Shown here: positions 30,607 through 41,548 of the stretch, piece after piece
Layout: each line of letters starts with the position of its first letter
How positions within the stretch are numbered: position 1 is the stretch's first letter
NCBI GenBank assembly: GCA_036679605.1
Contig: JAZDCZ010000327.1
Coordinates: 1-64,000 of the forward strand
Reading direction: 5' to 3'
DNA length: 64,000 nt
Source: Gemmatimonadota bacterium
GTDB lineage: Bacteria > Gemmatimonadota > Gemmatimonadetes > Gemmatimonadales > GWC2-71-9
Position numbers and translations under genes: made by a program
The notes under the pieces: generated by a model
Told to the model about the DNA's origin: nothing
Seen by the model: the letters and a program-made list of their open reading frames with translations, nothing else
Databases searched by the model: none

Positions 30607-31965
30607 CTAGCGACCCTGAATGCTGCCATAACGACGCTCATACTGCAGAATCAGTCGAACAGCGGTTGAGTCCACAGCCAGCCTAGGTGCAGCTTGGGGC
30701 AACCCCCATGCCGCACGATAGGCTGGCCCAAGGTAATCGTCACGAAACTCCAGCGCGAAGCTGCGACCCAACAGCGCCCTTCTCGTGTTGAAGGCATGTC
30801 CGACAACACCCGCAGCCCCGAACAGCAGACAATACGACACCATAAGAAAGCGCAGTTTGGACAATCGTCCAAGTCGCGTACTCACAGAACCCAACGATCC
30901 AAGAAACAGTGGCTCTACCGGCAGCCAGAAACGCGTATCACTGTACGGCCAAACGAGCATGATACCAACGTATGCAAGCAAGAAGATATCGGCCGGGCCA
31001 AGATCCCTCCGTCTCACCCATATTGCAACGACCCATACTCCAAAAGCAATTGCTCCAATCCCAGGCAAAAGGACACGAAAAAAGGCTGGTACGCGAGCAA
31101 CTGGAACATTTGCGGCGAGCTGACCCCACTCAGCAAGGCGATAGTTCCAAGTCTGTAGCAACATCGACACCAGTCCAGCGTCGGCCAGTCGGCTAGGAAG
31201 ATCGCCCGTCACGTAATCACTGCGCAAGACCGCCCAGCCAACTGATAATGCGAGCATAACTAGAGCGGCGGACACTACAACAGTAACACGACGATTCTGC
31301 GTTGCCAGAGCTTTGATTGATCTCATACCGCCCAAGCGACCGATCATACACCAACCCAGCGCAGGAATCAGTGCGATCCCAATAGTACGTACGCCCATTG
31401 CAATGAAGGAGAGCAGGATGGCACTTGCCAACCAGGCGGCCCATCTCGCTTCGGTCCGAACGGCCCTCGTCACCAAGTACACGGCGGTGGACGCCAGTCC
31501 GAAGAAGGCATACTCGCTGAGGGGAACAGCGGAGTACTTGAACACGGGAAACGAGAGAAGGAACATGCTACATAACCAGAGCGCAGCTCTACGCTCGAAA
31601 CCAAACCCAAGCCGAAGGATTCCAAAGGTACTGATCAAGCCCATGGCAAGGAAAGTCAGATTAACCAGTACAAACGTACGAGCGCCTGCCATGTTCGCCT
31701 TAATCAGCATCGCAAGAATTGCGGGGTATCCAGCAGGATATCCGATCGGACATCGAGCGTGCACACAGCTCGGACAATCGAATCCACTGCCCTGAACGGC
31801 CCCTTCGGCCGTCAAGATGTAGCAAACCGAATCCGGCTCCAGGTGTAGCGGCCTGGCCAACTGAACCAGATACGCCAGGCCAACTACCGCAAGCACTGCG
31901 ATGGCAACCTCCGCCCGACACAGATTGCTTGGTGCTCCTGACTGATGGATTGGCGGGGTATTCAT
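30607..31965 (-). CDS. Polytopic membrane protein, probable GT-C glycosyltransferase
   Basis: PDSVCY...YPAGYP, LSEYAF, RTIGIALIP, DTRFWLP; about 10 TM segments. Confidence 0.65.
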   Translation of the reverse strand: MNTPPIHQSGAPSNLCRAEVAIAVLAVVGLAYLVQLARPLHLEPDSVCYILTAEGAVQGSGFDCPSCVHARCPIGYPAGYPAILAMLIKANMAGARTFVLVNLTFLAMGLISTFGILRLGFGFERRAALWLCSMFLLSFPVFKYSAVPLSEYAFFGLASTAVYLVTRAVRTEARWAAWLASAILLSFIAMGVRTIGIALIPALGWCMIGRLGGMRSIKALATQNRRVTVVVSAALVMLALSVGWAVLRSDYVTGDLPSRLADAGLVSMLLQTWNYRLAEWGQLAANVPVARVPAFFRVLLPGIGAIAFGVWVVAIWVRRRDLGPADIFLLAYVGIMLVWPYSDTRFWLPVEPLFLGSLGSVSTRLGRLSKLRFLMVSYCLLFGAAGVVGHAFNTRRALLGRSFALEFRDDYLGPAYRAAWGLPQAAPRLAVDSTAVRLILQYERRYGSIQGR

Positions 31966-32219
31966 AAGATGTAGTAGCCTGCTTGGCTGGTAGGGCCGAT
32001 GTGTCCTTTTGCGTAGCCCACGCCATGCATCCACTGCTCGAGCCAGCTCGAAATCCGCCAACATTGCCTGCACGGCGGCTCCCGTTTCACAGCGGCGCCA
32101 ACCTTTCAGGAGAAGGTGCACTATTTAGCCAGGTCCAGCGAGCGAGCGCGGCCCAGCGCTTGCACAGTACGGTCAGCTCGCTAGCCTCCACCAGCTGTAA
32201 GAACCGAAGGAGCAATCGC

Positions 32220-32927
32220 ATGCCAAAGCTGTCCATAGTGATTCCAGCCTTCAACGAAGAAAGCACAATTGGACAGGTAGTGAGAGCAGTGCTCGACGCA
32301 GAACTCCCGACGGATATCCAACGTGAAGTGATCATTGTTGATGATTGCTCCACTGATCAAACCGCAGCTCTAGCCGCCGTGGCCGCATCCGATCTCCACG
32401 TTTCCCTGCTACGCTTACCTGAAAACCGTGGCAAGGGGGCCGCCTTACGGTATGGCTTTAGCAAAGCCACCGGAGATTTCGTCGTCGTTCAGGATGCCGA
32501 TTTGGAGTACGATCCGCGTGAGTACGTCAAGTTACTTGCCCCTCTTTTGTCCGGCAAGGCAGATGTTGTCTACGGCTCGCGTTTTAGTGGTGGCGAATCG
32601 CATCGAGTCCTCTTCTTCTGGCATGCCGTAGGCAATCGGTTTCTTACTCTACTCTCGAACGCCGTCACCAACCTCAACCTTACAGACATGGAGACGTGCT
32701 ACAAGATGTTCCGTGCCAATGTACTGCAACGCATCAATCTCCGGGAAAATCGGTTCGGATTCGAACCCGAAATCACGTGTAAAGTAGCAAGACTTGGTGT
32801 CAGGATATATGAGATAGGAATTACATACTCCGGTAGGACGTATGAGGAAGGCAAGAAAATCGGTTGGCGAGATGGCATATGGGCATTGTGGTGCATCATA
32901 AAGTACGGCCTCCTCAGGTTTCCATGA
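32220..32927 (+). CDS. GT2 glycosyltransferase (DPM1-like)
   Basis: [61 protein letters not shown]. Confidence 0.92.
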   Translation: MPKLSIVIPAFNEESTIGQVVRAVLDAELPTDIQREVIIVDDCSTDQTAALAAVAASDLHVSLLRLPENRGKGAALRYGFSKATGDFVVVQDADLEYDPREYVKLLAPLLSGKADVVYGSRFSGGESHRVLFFWHAVGNRFLTLLSNAVTNLNLTDMETCYKMFRANVLQRINLRENRFGFEPEITCKVARLGVRIYEIGITYSGRTYEEGKKIGWRDGIWALWCIIKYGLLRFP

Positions 32928-33110
32928 ACTGTTTGCCATACGGACCCCCCGACCAGAAACCACATCACTGAGAAAACCCGATGCTCCGAGCGGTTTCGCC
33001 CACCACTATGAAGCACCCTCCGAAGGCTAGGAGGACATGCAACATGCCGGGGGCACCGCTGCAACGGCACGTCCACAGGTGCGATCGACTCAGAAAGCAT
33101 GCCCCAAATG

Positions 33111-33911
33111 CTAAATGTCTCTTACAGTAATCTTGTTCAAGAATGCACGCCGCCATTCAGCGTATCTATTGGGACCGAGAGCGCGGCGTATCATACGAAG
33201 GAAACCATCTCGCGCCTGGCGCGACGCACCAAGGGCACGGTCGCCCTCAAGTATGCGACGGAACCGAGTGGAGGCGACTTCACCACGAATGGTACACCGC
33301 CGGACAGGCCGCGGCTCGGGACTCTGCCAACGGACTCTGTTGACTCCCCATGTGGACGTCGCAACAAATCGGTAGCCCGCCGCAGCAACGAGCGCCCGCA
33401 AGCTTCGCCGGGGAGGATCCCCACCGGGGAACGCGAGCGTCGAAGTGTCTTGATCCAGCTTGGCGTCGAGAAGACTCTTCGACGCGCAAAGCTCGTCGCG
33501 CAACGCGCCCTCATCGAGGTTGGAAAGAAACGGATGCGTTCGCGTGTGGGATTGGATCGACATTCCTGCCATCTTCATCTTCCGGAGCTGATCCCATCCA
33601 GCGTAACCCGACTGGCCCACCCAGTCCGTTACGACAAAGAACGTAGCGGTCATCCCTCGCTTGATCAGCTCGGGAAAACCGTGAGTGTACTGCCCGGCGT
33701 CAGCGTCATCGAATGTGATCGCTATGCGCCCCGGAGCTGTCCCGTCAAGCACCTCCTCCAACGATCGACCCTCGAACCCCATCTCATGTATCATGTCGAG
33801 CTGCTCTCTGAATTTGCGCACCGGAACAGAGAAATGTTCCTTGCCGCCTGATGGTCCAACAGATCCGGGCGCAATATCGTGATACATGAGGGCAACCCAC
33901 GAGCGTTGCAT
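33111..33911 (-). CDS. Polysaccharide deacetylase (NodB-like)
   Basis: LMYHDI, ITFDD, ATFFV, SHTRTHP, AFPGG. Confidence 0.88.
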   Translation of the reverse strand: MQRSWVALMYHDIAPGSVGPSGGKEHFSVPVRKFREQLDMIHEMGFEGRSLEEVLDGTAPGRIAITFDDADAGQYTHGFPELIKRGMTATFFVVTDWVGQSGYAGWDQLRKMKMAGMSIQSHTRTHPFLSNLDEGALRDELCASKSLLDAKLDQDTSTLAFPGGDPPRRSLRALVAAAGYRFVATSTWGVNRVRWQSPEPRPVRRCTIRGEVASTRFRRILEGDRALGASRQARDGFLRMIRRALGPNRYAEWRRAFLNKITVRDI

Positions 33912-35191
33912 CAGCCAGCTTGGCTCGCCAAGGGTTCCGCGTGCTCACCTACAAGATCAGCGACAATATCGAGAAACGTAGCTGCGCGTCGCTCCCATGT
34001 ATGTTGAGCAGCCAGATCTTGCCCCGTACGCCGCACCAAATCACTATCTCGAAGGAGTACTTCTTTTACGGCAGCTACGAACGCATCGCCTCCCGAAGCG
34101 ATGCTGACGGTGTTGGAGTACTTCTCAACTTCGGGTAGCGGCGTCGACACTGCGGGAATGCCCGCCGCGAGGTACTCCAACAACTTTAGAGGATCGACTG
34201 CCTCGGTCCACTCGTTCAGCAAGTACGGAATTATCCCTACGTCGAAGCCCTGCACATAGGCTGGTAGTTGATCGTAGCTCTTTGGCCCAAGCACGTGAAT
34301 GTTGGGTAGGTCCAGTTGTGCAACGTCGATCGAAACGGGACCAACCAGAACCACAGATCCGGTGCGGAACTCACGGGACAGACGGCTTAGCAGCGAGACG
34401 TCCACGCAGGCGCTGACACCACCGGCGAACCCAAGTCGCGGCCGTGGCAACCGGCGCAGGTCAGACGGCTCCGGACGTCGCTTGGCAAAGTGTGTGAAAG
34501 TTACACCCTGAGGAAGATGATAGACTCTACCGGACCGAGGTTGCTTCGTGCGCGTCAGCTTCTCAGCTGTGGCAATGACCGCATCTACCCGCCTCAGCAA
34601 GCGCTGCTCCAACGGACCGATCATATCGGCTGAAACACCCGGAAGCTGTAGGAACTCATCCATGCAGAAGTAGACCGAGGCTGATTCGCCCAATCTACCC
34701 ACAACATTAACAGATGGAGGCGATCCAGTAATCAAGATCGGACGGTGGTGACTTTCCAGCTTGTGTAGCGCCTTTCGAATATCTCGAACGAGCGACCAAG
34801 TATTGAAAGCCAGAACGGTTCTGTATTTATGTAGTGGTATGACGCGCGGCTCTATGATCACCCGCGGAGCAGGCCTGGCAAGGGTCGACGGGTGTCGGTC
34901 AACATTGCCTTGGCTACGCCCGAGAGTCTTTTCCCACACGCGGCGAAGGTCCGCCACCGATAGTGACGGCACGCGGTGCCCGATGGAGTTGACCCAGATA
35001 ACCGGGTACCTTGGAACGACGTGGCGGAAAAGATGCTGCATGGAGGAGACGTGCCGCCCCCAATCGTCACCGAACACGACCAGAGGCGTTCCCGAGGCAA
35101 GATTCCCCGGTGTTATATGCTCGTTCTTGGGATTTCGACGAAACATCTCGTCATAGAAGACGCTTTCTGCGACTCGATCTTGCATCTCCAT
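33911..35191 (-). CDS. GT-B glycosyltransferase (TuaH-like) with a methyltransferase-derived N-terminus
   Basis: FGDDW, VYFCMDE, GFDVGIIPY, DPLKLLEYLAAG. The first 28 or so residues match the start of the methyltransferase at 23288-23989. Confidence 0.85.
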   Translation of the reverse strand: MEMQDRVAESVFYDEMFRRNPKNEHITPGNLASGTPLVVFGDDWGRHVSSMQHLFRHVVPRYPVIWVNSIGHRVPSLSVADLRRVWEKTLGRSQGNVDRHPSTLARPAPRVIIEPRVIPLHKYRTVLAFNTWSLVRDIRKALHKLESHHRPILITGSPPSVNVVGRLGESASVYFCMDEFLQLPGVSADMIGPLEQRLLRRVDAVIATAEKLTRTKQPRSGRVYHLPQGVTFTHFAKRRPEPSDLRRLPRPRLGFAGGVSACVDVSLLSRLSREFRTGSVVLVGPVSIDVAQLDLPNIHVLGPKSYDQLPAYVQGFDVGIIPYLLNEWTEAVDPLKLLEYLAAGIPAVSTPLPEVEKYSNTVSIASGGDAFVAAVKEVLLRDSDLVRRTGQDLAAQHTWERRAATFLDIVADLVGEHAEPLASQAG

Positions 35192-35640
35192 CTGTCTCAG
35201 TTGAAGGGTTGCCTTGCCATCCTTAGGAACAGGGATCGTGTCTCAAGTGCCCCTAGTTCCCTAAGGAACCCAATGCCTTACGTTTCGCCACTCTAGTACT
35301 ACTCGTAAGATACGCAAGGTCTGCGCCCCACGTCGCTGCAACGTTTCTCTGTTACACACACTGGTCAGGACATCTAGCTAGCTTCGAACAGGGCGAGCTC
35401 TTACTGTTGCATCCTCGCAACACTCCCCATTTTGCCGCAGTGAACACCCCATTAGCGCTCCGATTAGGCCCACGGGTACACCGATTGCAAGGCTCGGTCG
35501 GACTATGATGATTGGCAGATAAACCTACTCACCCGCATCCTAGAGATAGCTTAGATAGATTGCTAACCCTACCGTTGCACAGAAGCGGTCGCCGTACCGC
35601 CTCCCAAGGCCACACCAGGATCACGTTCCCGGTGGCGTAC

Positions 35641-36963
35641 ATGTACTTACTCTGGAGCGTGATCATCCTTAGCTGGCACCGCTTGCTGGCCTCCCTCGGG
35701 CTCGGAATCCTCCTCCGCGCTGAGACTTTTCTATTCGTACCGCTCATAATTGTCTTCGCCTTCAAGTTTCAAGTAATGTTATCACGTTCGCGCACAACAA
35801 CATTTTATCCGCTATTCCTCATCTACACTGGCGTGGCCGCAATCGCAGTGGTATTTGCGCCAAATCGAGGCATGGCTTTCGAAGTTTTTCGGGTACTCGC
35901 ACTTTACTACCTTCTCGCAGTAGCTACCACTGCCTATGTGCGAACTCCGGTACAAGCCATACCGATCCTACTGATATTCCTTCTGCAATACGCGTGGTGG
36001 GGTATCTTCGCTGGCACGTCAGGAAGGGTTCCATGGCATCCAACATTGTCCAACGATGATGGGTTCGGGGCGGTAGTTGTGATGGGCATTGGACTCTGCT
36101 ATTGGTTTGGCCTTTCTTTTAGAAATGGGCTCCTGAGATGGTTAGCCTTTCTGCTGGCGGCATACTGTGTCTTTGGAGCTGTCGCTTCATTTGCACGGGG
36201 AGCTATTTTTTCCGCGATAGGAGTCGCTGGTTACATCTGGCTCAGGTCTCCCCGCAAGCTCCACACCGCCGCTGCGGGCGTTTTGGCCGTAGTGATGTTC
36301 ACTGCTGCTAGTTCCATCCTGTTCCCCTCCGGAGCCATTTGGGCCGAGCTACAGAGCGCCTTCGTAGAGGGAACGCAGGAAGGAACTGGCCTAGACCGCT
36401 GGACGCTCTGGAAAGCCGCTCTTCAGGTGTTCCTCGAAAGGCCGCTAGTGGGCGCCGGAGGAGGTAATTTCGGAGTGTTTGCGATGCAGCTCTTTCCTGA
36501 TGGCTTGGGAACCTACACCAATCCAGGGTGGCTGTGGGGCCGCAACGTCCACAGTGCCTACTTCCAGATATTAAGCGAGTTTGGGATAGCGGGTTCGTTG
36601 CTATTTGTCTGGCTAGTAGTTGACTTCTGGAAACGTTGTCGTGCGCTGCGGAGTGTCGACCGTCTCCGCACCTGGGAGATCGCCACCAGGGGCCGGGTCG
36701 ACCTGCGGTACATTTCATACGGGTTAGAGGCAGCAATGCTAGGAAATCTCCTCGGAGGAGTATTCTACGCATCTCTTTACGACCCATGGATCTACACGTT
36801 ACTGGCCCTTAACATACTGCTCTTTTCTGTTACGGAAACTCCAGGCACCCTCACTCAGACACTTGCTAACCACAGATCGCCGGGGACTGACAGAAACATT
36901 TTCCAAACATCGTGTGGTCCGCTGTCCGTCGCTCGAACATCGGCGAACCGGTTGCAGACGTAG
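35641..36963 (+). CDS. O-antigen ligase/Wzy-like polymerase
   Basis: Many TM segments. SFARGA, RWTLW, PLVGAGGGNF, VHSAYFQILSEFGIAG. Start approximate. Confidence 0.85.
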   Translation: MYLLWSVIILSWHRLLASLGLGILLRAETFLFVPLIIVFAFKFQVMLSRSRTTTFYPLFLIYTGVAAIAVVFAPNRGMAFEVFRVLALYYLLAVATTAYVRTPVQAIPILLIFLLQYAWWGIFAGTSGRVPWHPTLSNDDGFGAVVVMGIGLCYWFGLSFRNGLLRWLAFLLAAYCVFGAVASFARGAIFSAIGVAGYIWLRSPRKLHTAAAGVLAVVMFTAASSILFPSGAIWAELQSAFVEGTQEGTGLDRWTLWKAALQVFLERPLVGAGGGNFGVFAMQLFPDGLGTYTNPGWLWGRNVHSAYFQILSEFGIAGSLLFVWLVVDFWKRCRALRSVDRLRTWEIATRGRVDLRYISYGLEAAMLGNLLGGVFYASLYDPWIYTLLALNILLFSVTETPGTLTQTLANHRSPGTDRNIFQTSCGPLSVARTSANRLQT

Positions 36964-37065
36964 AGCATCACCTTGAGCCGGACATGTTTCTCGACGACCC
37001 ACACCTTACGCCGGCTGGCAATTGTCGAAGGCCCGAGGACTTTGTGAACGCCATCCTGCACTGCT
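36962..37065 (+). pseudogene. C-terminal remnant of an SGNH hydrolase paralogous to 25081-26250
   Basis: HHLEPDMFLDDPHLTPAGNCRRPEDFVNAI compared with HDLPPNLFLDDAHLTPEGNRQVATNFVNAL. Confidence 0.8.
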
Positions 37066-37197
37066 TGCCAAAAGCATTCCGTAGTCACTCGCGTACAGGT
37101 GAATCGAATCTGCAGAAATCAACTAACGCCAGTCCGCCAAAGTCACGTGGTCCAGTCGGACAGTAGCCCGTCTTGGGCTCCGCCACAGAATGCAGAC

Positions 37198-37839
37198 ATG
37201 CCAGGGGTGTCGCACAGAGGACTAGGGAACTGGATATGGCTCGCGGAGTTGGATTGTTGGAAACGCGCACTGCAGGTCGGCTGCATATCTGACAGCCTCG
37301 CTGCTGCACTGCGGATTCACTTCTGCCATGTCTACAATCTTCCACTAAAGGATACGTTAGACTTCATAAAGTCATGCGATGCGCCCGCCACCTCACAGTG
37401 GCATTTTCAAGACGGCGCATTCGATTGTGTCACCCTGCACGGCGGATTCCATGACATCTACGCCAGCCACAGCCCTAACGTGTCCCAAAACGCATGTCGT
37501 CGTGTGCTGCAACAGTGCCACAGAGTGTTACGACCTGGGGGATGCCTGTACATCGCGACTGCCAACCCCACATGGCTTGGACGTAGAAGTCCACGGCGAC
37601 TTGTGTTCTCTTACGCCGATTGTCTCAAGCAGCTTGGCTTTCGAACTGTCCGTAGGTTCTATACTGAGCCGTCATACGACATTCAGATATCGATTATCCC
37701 TGCCAGCCGGCGTGCTGTCCTTGCACATCAGGGCACAACTGCAAGGACCGCGCGGGGACGTTTGCCAAAAAAACTGGCCACGCACATTGGGCTGCATAAC
37801 TTTCTCTACCCGGGTCTCATACAGTTGGCCTACAAGTGA
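37198..37839 (+). CDS. Methyltransferase-like protein
   Basis: RALQVGC, FQDGAFDCVTL, CHRVLRPGGCLYI. Start uncertain (37099-37198). Confidence 0.6.
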   Translation: MPGVSHRGLGNWIWLAELDCWKRALQVGCISDSLAAALRIHFCHVYNLPLKDTLDFIKSCDAPATSQWHFQDGAFDCVTLHGGFHDIYASHSPNVSQNACRRVLQQCHRVLRPGGCLYIATANPTWLGRRSPRRLVFSYADCLKQLGFRTVRRFYTEPSYDIQISIIPASRRAVLAHQGTTARTARGRLPKKLATHIGLHNFLYPGLIQLAYK

Positions 37840-38870
37840 TACCCTCCAAGTGGACGACCTTGTTGACGGAGCTGAAACTGCCGGACTATCCGCACAAGGA
37901 CGTCAAGTGGACGGACTGCCTCGTGGTTAACAGTGTCGCAACGATTCCGGCTGGCCTTCGCGCCAGTGAATACCCAAAGCCGAACCGAGGCTGCAACCTC
38001 ATCTTGCTTGGTCGGAAGGGAGTACCACAATATTTCGTCAAGGTGCGGCCGGCATGGGACCAAAGGCTCATCCGCGCTACGGGCATTCGGGAGCGGCTCT
38101 GTAACGATCCAATCCTCCGGGAGGTGGTCCCCTGGACCAAGGGGCTCAGGAACCGAGAGGTTACGATCCAAGCAAGCAAGATGGTGCCCGGTCACACGTT
38201 CGATCGGATCATGCCGAACAATGCTGATCGCTGGCGTGAATCGGTCAATGACATCCTGAGGGTAACCTCCCTGCTCACGAAACGTTCGGTAGCGTTACTG
38301 CCAGACCTCTCCGTAGGCGGTGGTGGGATTGACGTCGCAAATGCGGCCGTTGAAAACCTCGAGTATCTTGCGACGTTGGGGTTTCCCAGACGGCACCTCG
38401 ACAGTCTTGAGGCGGTGCTACGCTCGGCAGGCACGTTGCCGAGCATACCACAACACGGTGACCTCTGGCCCAGCAACATCGTGCGGTATCGTCGCCGGTG
38501 GTGGCTGCTCGATTACGAGGACTTCGGGCAGATCCGGGTTCCCCTTTATGACATGTACCATCTCCTTCGCTCCTGTATGGTTCAGCAAACACGGCGTGCC
38601 GAGGCACTACAGGGCCCCGTTTGGGTAGAGATGCTCTCGAGTGCCAACGCCGCAGCAGCGACAGGCAGAGAGATTATCGGGTACGCAGCAAGAGAACTCT
38701 CTTTGGAACCGCGACAAGTGTTGGGGACTCTTGGCTATTACCTGTCAGATATAGCGGTACGAATACGCCGCCGTGGTAACCCCCAGGCAATCTATGGACC
38801 ATTCCTTGAGGATCTCGTATCCTTCTGCTACGACAATCAAAGTTTTCTGGATAGCTGGGCAGTTTGGTGA
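37836..38870 (+). CDS. Aminoglycoside phosphotransferase/kinase-like protein
   Basis: YFVKV, QHGDLWPSNI, LLDYE, PLYDMY. GTGA overlap with the upstream gene. Confidence 0.8.
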   Translation: MIPSKWTTLLTELKLPDYPHKDVKWTDCLVVNSVATIPAGLRASEYPKPNRGCNLILLGRKGVPQYFVKVRPAWDQRLIRATGIRERLCNDPILREVVPWTKGLRNREVTIQASKMVPGHTFDRIMPNNADRWRESVNDILRVTSLLTKRSVALLPDLSVGGGGIDVANAAVENLEYLATLGFPRRHLDSLEAVLRSAGTLPSIPQHGDLWPSNIVRYRRRWWLLDYEDFGQIRVPLYDMYHLLRSCMVQQTRRAEALQGPVWVEMLSSANAAAATGREIIGYAARELSLEPRQVLGTLGYYLSDIAVRIRRRGNPQAIYGPFLEDLVSFCYDNQSFLDSWAVW

Positions 38871-39109
38871 CGCTGCCTGGCACCGCGCCTTCGGAACCTG
38901 GCCCGGCGTCAGGGGAACTGCACGATCTCGTTGATTTGCTGAGAAGGGGCGACGACATTGGCCCGATGTTTTTCGGGAAGTCAGCGTGAGTTGCCAACCA
39001 CAACCACGGACAGGCGTTCCCGTATCGTGGGGTAAGTCAAGCAACACAGGTCGAGAAATGGTGCAATGCGAATAAGAGCAACACCAAATACATGTCGCTT
39101 CGGTTGGGC

Positions 39110-40435
39110 CTAGTTCTCCCTTGAACCGCGCAGCCGGTTACTGATCAGTTCAGCTATTGCCCTATGCCCAAACACATTTGGATGCCCATCAGCTGTAGGT
39201 TGATACGGTTGACTGCCAGCTAAGAACTGTTTTCGCAGGGCCGGCAGGGCATCTACATACTCGATACCATATCTGTCGAGAAAATCGACAGTGGTACGCA
39301 AAAATAATTCTTCATTCTCGATCAATGATCGATAGCTTGCAGTTGGTCTCTCAACAAGATCCCGAAACACCGACTCCTTCGTTGGGATCAAGACAACTAG
39401 AAATCGTATGCTATCGGCGGTAGCAAGATCATTCATTTGTCGTATTGCCTTGAGCGAAATCTGCAACCCTTCAGCGATTCTGGGATCCTGAAGATCGAGA
39501 ACTGAAAGACGATACTCAGACGTAAAAAGTGTCTTGTACTGACCCTTCTCAAATACATGGGCGTACCGCGAGTGTTCCTCCGCAAATAGTTTTTGCTCTT
39601 GCCAGACGATTTGAGGAGTGTTCTTGAGTTCGAAAAGATAGCGCGCACCGGCATACCTAAGGCGTCGCAGCAGTCCATACAACCTTGAATGCAAGGAGAG
39701 AAAGCGTAGTGGGGAACTCTCGTTGCTTGAACTCGTTGCATCGATCGTTTCGCCCATCGCATACATCTGAGACACACGTTCGGCTATTGACTCCGATTCT
39801 TCCGCTGACCGCACTGACGACTGCACCGATCGGCTGCGGCTCTTCAGCTCGGCCAAGAGACCTCGGTTGTATACGAGGTTGAAGGAGTCATACAAATCAT
39901 TGCCTGCGTAAAACGCTTCAATGATCACTTTCGGACGTAGGGCAACTGCTTGGTTCCATAGAATGAGGCTGTGGGTAGGTCCATAGCCCCCAAACGCCAT
40001 ACTGTACACGGCCTCTCCGGTCATGGATTCCAATTGCCTTGGCCATGCATTGCGAGGTTCAACACCAGTACCGTAGGTTTGCGAATCACCGAGCCCAATG
40101 ATATCAGCCTCTATTGGCACGTTCGGATTGCGAAAGCCGTTTCTGTCGTGCCCTGGGTATTCGGGACTGGGACGATGACCGAGTCGGGGGTCAGGAAGAG
40201 TCTGAGGAATGGTGGACCATGGTGACGAAAGCAACCGTTCAACCTCAGGCGACGCCATTGCCAGGAGTTTGAGACCGCTCTCTAGGAGAGTAATGGTCAC
40301 CAAAGCTGTAAGCAGTGCAAAAAAAGCCTGCTTCTTACTGAATTTGGTCCGTCGCAACGCCCACTCCTCCGGATATCGCCAAGGCGTGTTCCAACCGCTC
40401 GGCCCGTTTGGCAAGGACTCCTTGTCAATTGTCAA
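39110..40435 (-). CDS. SGNH/AlgJ-like hydrolase or acetyltransferase
   Basis: TM anchor, DRNGFRN, LGDSQTYG, FYAGND, LIPTKE, DGHPN. Confidence 0.82.
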   Translation of the reverse strand: MTIDKESLPNGPSGWNTPWRYPEEWALRRTKFSKKQAFFALLTALVTITLLESGLKLLAMASPEVERLLSSPWSTIPQTLPDPRLGHRPSPEYPGHDRNGFRNPNVPIEADIIGLGDSQTYGTGVEPRNAWPRQLESMTGEAVYSMAFGGYGPTHSLILWNQAVALRPKVIIEAFYAGNDLYDSFNLVYNRGLLAELKSRSRSVQSSVRSAEESESIAERVSQMYAMGETIDATSSSNESSPLRFLSLHSRLYGLLRRLRYAGARYLFELKNTPQIVWQEQKLFAEEHSRYAHVFEKGQYKTLFTSEYRLSVLDLQDPRIAEGLQISLKAIRQMNDLATADSIRFLVVLIPTKESVFRDLVERPTASYRSLIENEELFLRTTVDFLDRYGIEYVDALPALRKQFLAGSQPYQPTADGHPNVFGHRAIAELISNRLRGSREN

Positions 40436-40476
40436 TTAACTATACCACCAGGTGGGCGAATCTTACCTATGTATCG

Positions 40477-41484
40477 CTATAGATCTGACTTGCCGTAGAG
40501 CCTTTCCCTTGCCATCAAATGCACACAGATCGCAGCCGCTTTGAATCGAGCACTCTGTCCGGCCTGGGTCACAGTAGACTTTAACACTCTCGCAAATTCT
40601 TCAGCAGGGTCCTTCGGAAATGCGGCGTAGAATTCTTCTAACCCGTCGGAATTATCCGCCGTTGCCTGAGAAAACTCCCTAAGCTTGTCATGAATGTCCG
40701 CCAACGTCTGGGCGCACCAGCACCCAGGAAACGGCCAGGAGAATATGACATGCTTGCGCCTTCTGAGGGCATCAAGTACCATGCGCGGCATTCCGTCGTG
40801 CCGCGTAATGCGAAGGAGACAACCGACACGGGACCAGACGGGCTCAAGATCGTCCATCCAACCCGGGCTCTCCACATTTGGATATTCTGTGAAACGATTC
40901 AATTCGTCAGCCACGATGATAAACTCAATATCGCTATTCCTCCGAATCAACTCCTCTACGGCCGGGCCACTATAGAATTCAAACCGGTTAGTCGGCAAGT
41001 AAACGAGTACTTTCTTAGGTAATCGCTTGCTACCCACTTGTGGCCACTCGCCTCTCGAATCAACGACCGAGGGAATCGGACGGGACTTCAAACCTATAGT
41101 ACTCAACTCCTCAACGAGGTGAGGGGCTACAGCGATGTTGCATGCGACAATCCGATCCAGCAGGAGCGCGGCTCGTTTGGTCTCAGGATCCGTCAAGCAG
41201 TTCAGTACGTCTGTTCCGACCCACCACCTGACAATGGGCGTGCCGAGAGATCTGGCAACGCTCAGCTGCCGGATGGAGTGCAGGTCGGGTCCATTATACG
41301 CGACATGGATGATGACATGATGCTGCCGAAAGAGGCGTATCCAACTACGAACGCCGCAAGGCCTTTCGCGCGCAACAAACGTTGAGACGAAGCCCATTTC
41401 ATTCAAACGCCTTGCTAATGTCAGCGAGGGTGCTGATGACACCGGTTTCTCACCGAAGAACAAGATCCTAAGCTGGTCACACAT
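40477..41484 (-). CDS. GT-B glycosyltransferase
   Basis: WVGTDV, YSG, LRITRHDGMPRMVLDAL. Confidence 0.7.
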   Translation of the reverse strand: MCDQLRILFFGEKPVSSAPSLTLARRLNEMGFVSTFVARERPCGVRSWIRLFRQHHVIIHVAYNGPDLHSIRQLSVARSLGTPIVRWWVGTDVLNCLTDPETKRAALLLDRIVACNIAVAPHLVEELSTIGLKSRPIPSVVDSRGEWPQVGSKRLPKKVLVYLPTNRFEFYSGPAVEELIRRNSDIEFIIVADELNRFTEYPNVESPGWMDDLEPVWSRVGCLLRITRHDGMPRMVLDALRRRKHVIFSWPFPGCWCAQTLADIHDKLREFSQATADNSDGLEEFYAAFPKDPAEEFARVLKSTVTQAGQSARFKAAAICVHLMARERLYGKSDL

Positions 41485-41548
41485 TCATTCTAGAATCCGC
41501 TTGGGCTGCTACATTGCCGCCAGTGCTCACCGCCATCAGTGTTCCGGA

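Noticed and set aside
31970..33105. Possible further gene remnants in the gaps at 31970-32200 and 32930-33105
   Set aside because: The translations look vaguely protein-like but cannot be aligned convincingly to any gene in the window.
35195..35460. Expected GT4 remnant in copy B of the duplicated block
   Set aside because: No recognisable GT4 motif in any minus-strand frame.
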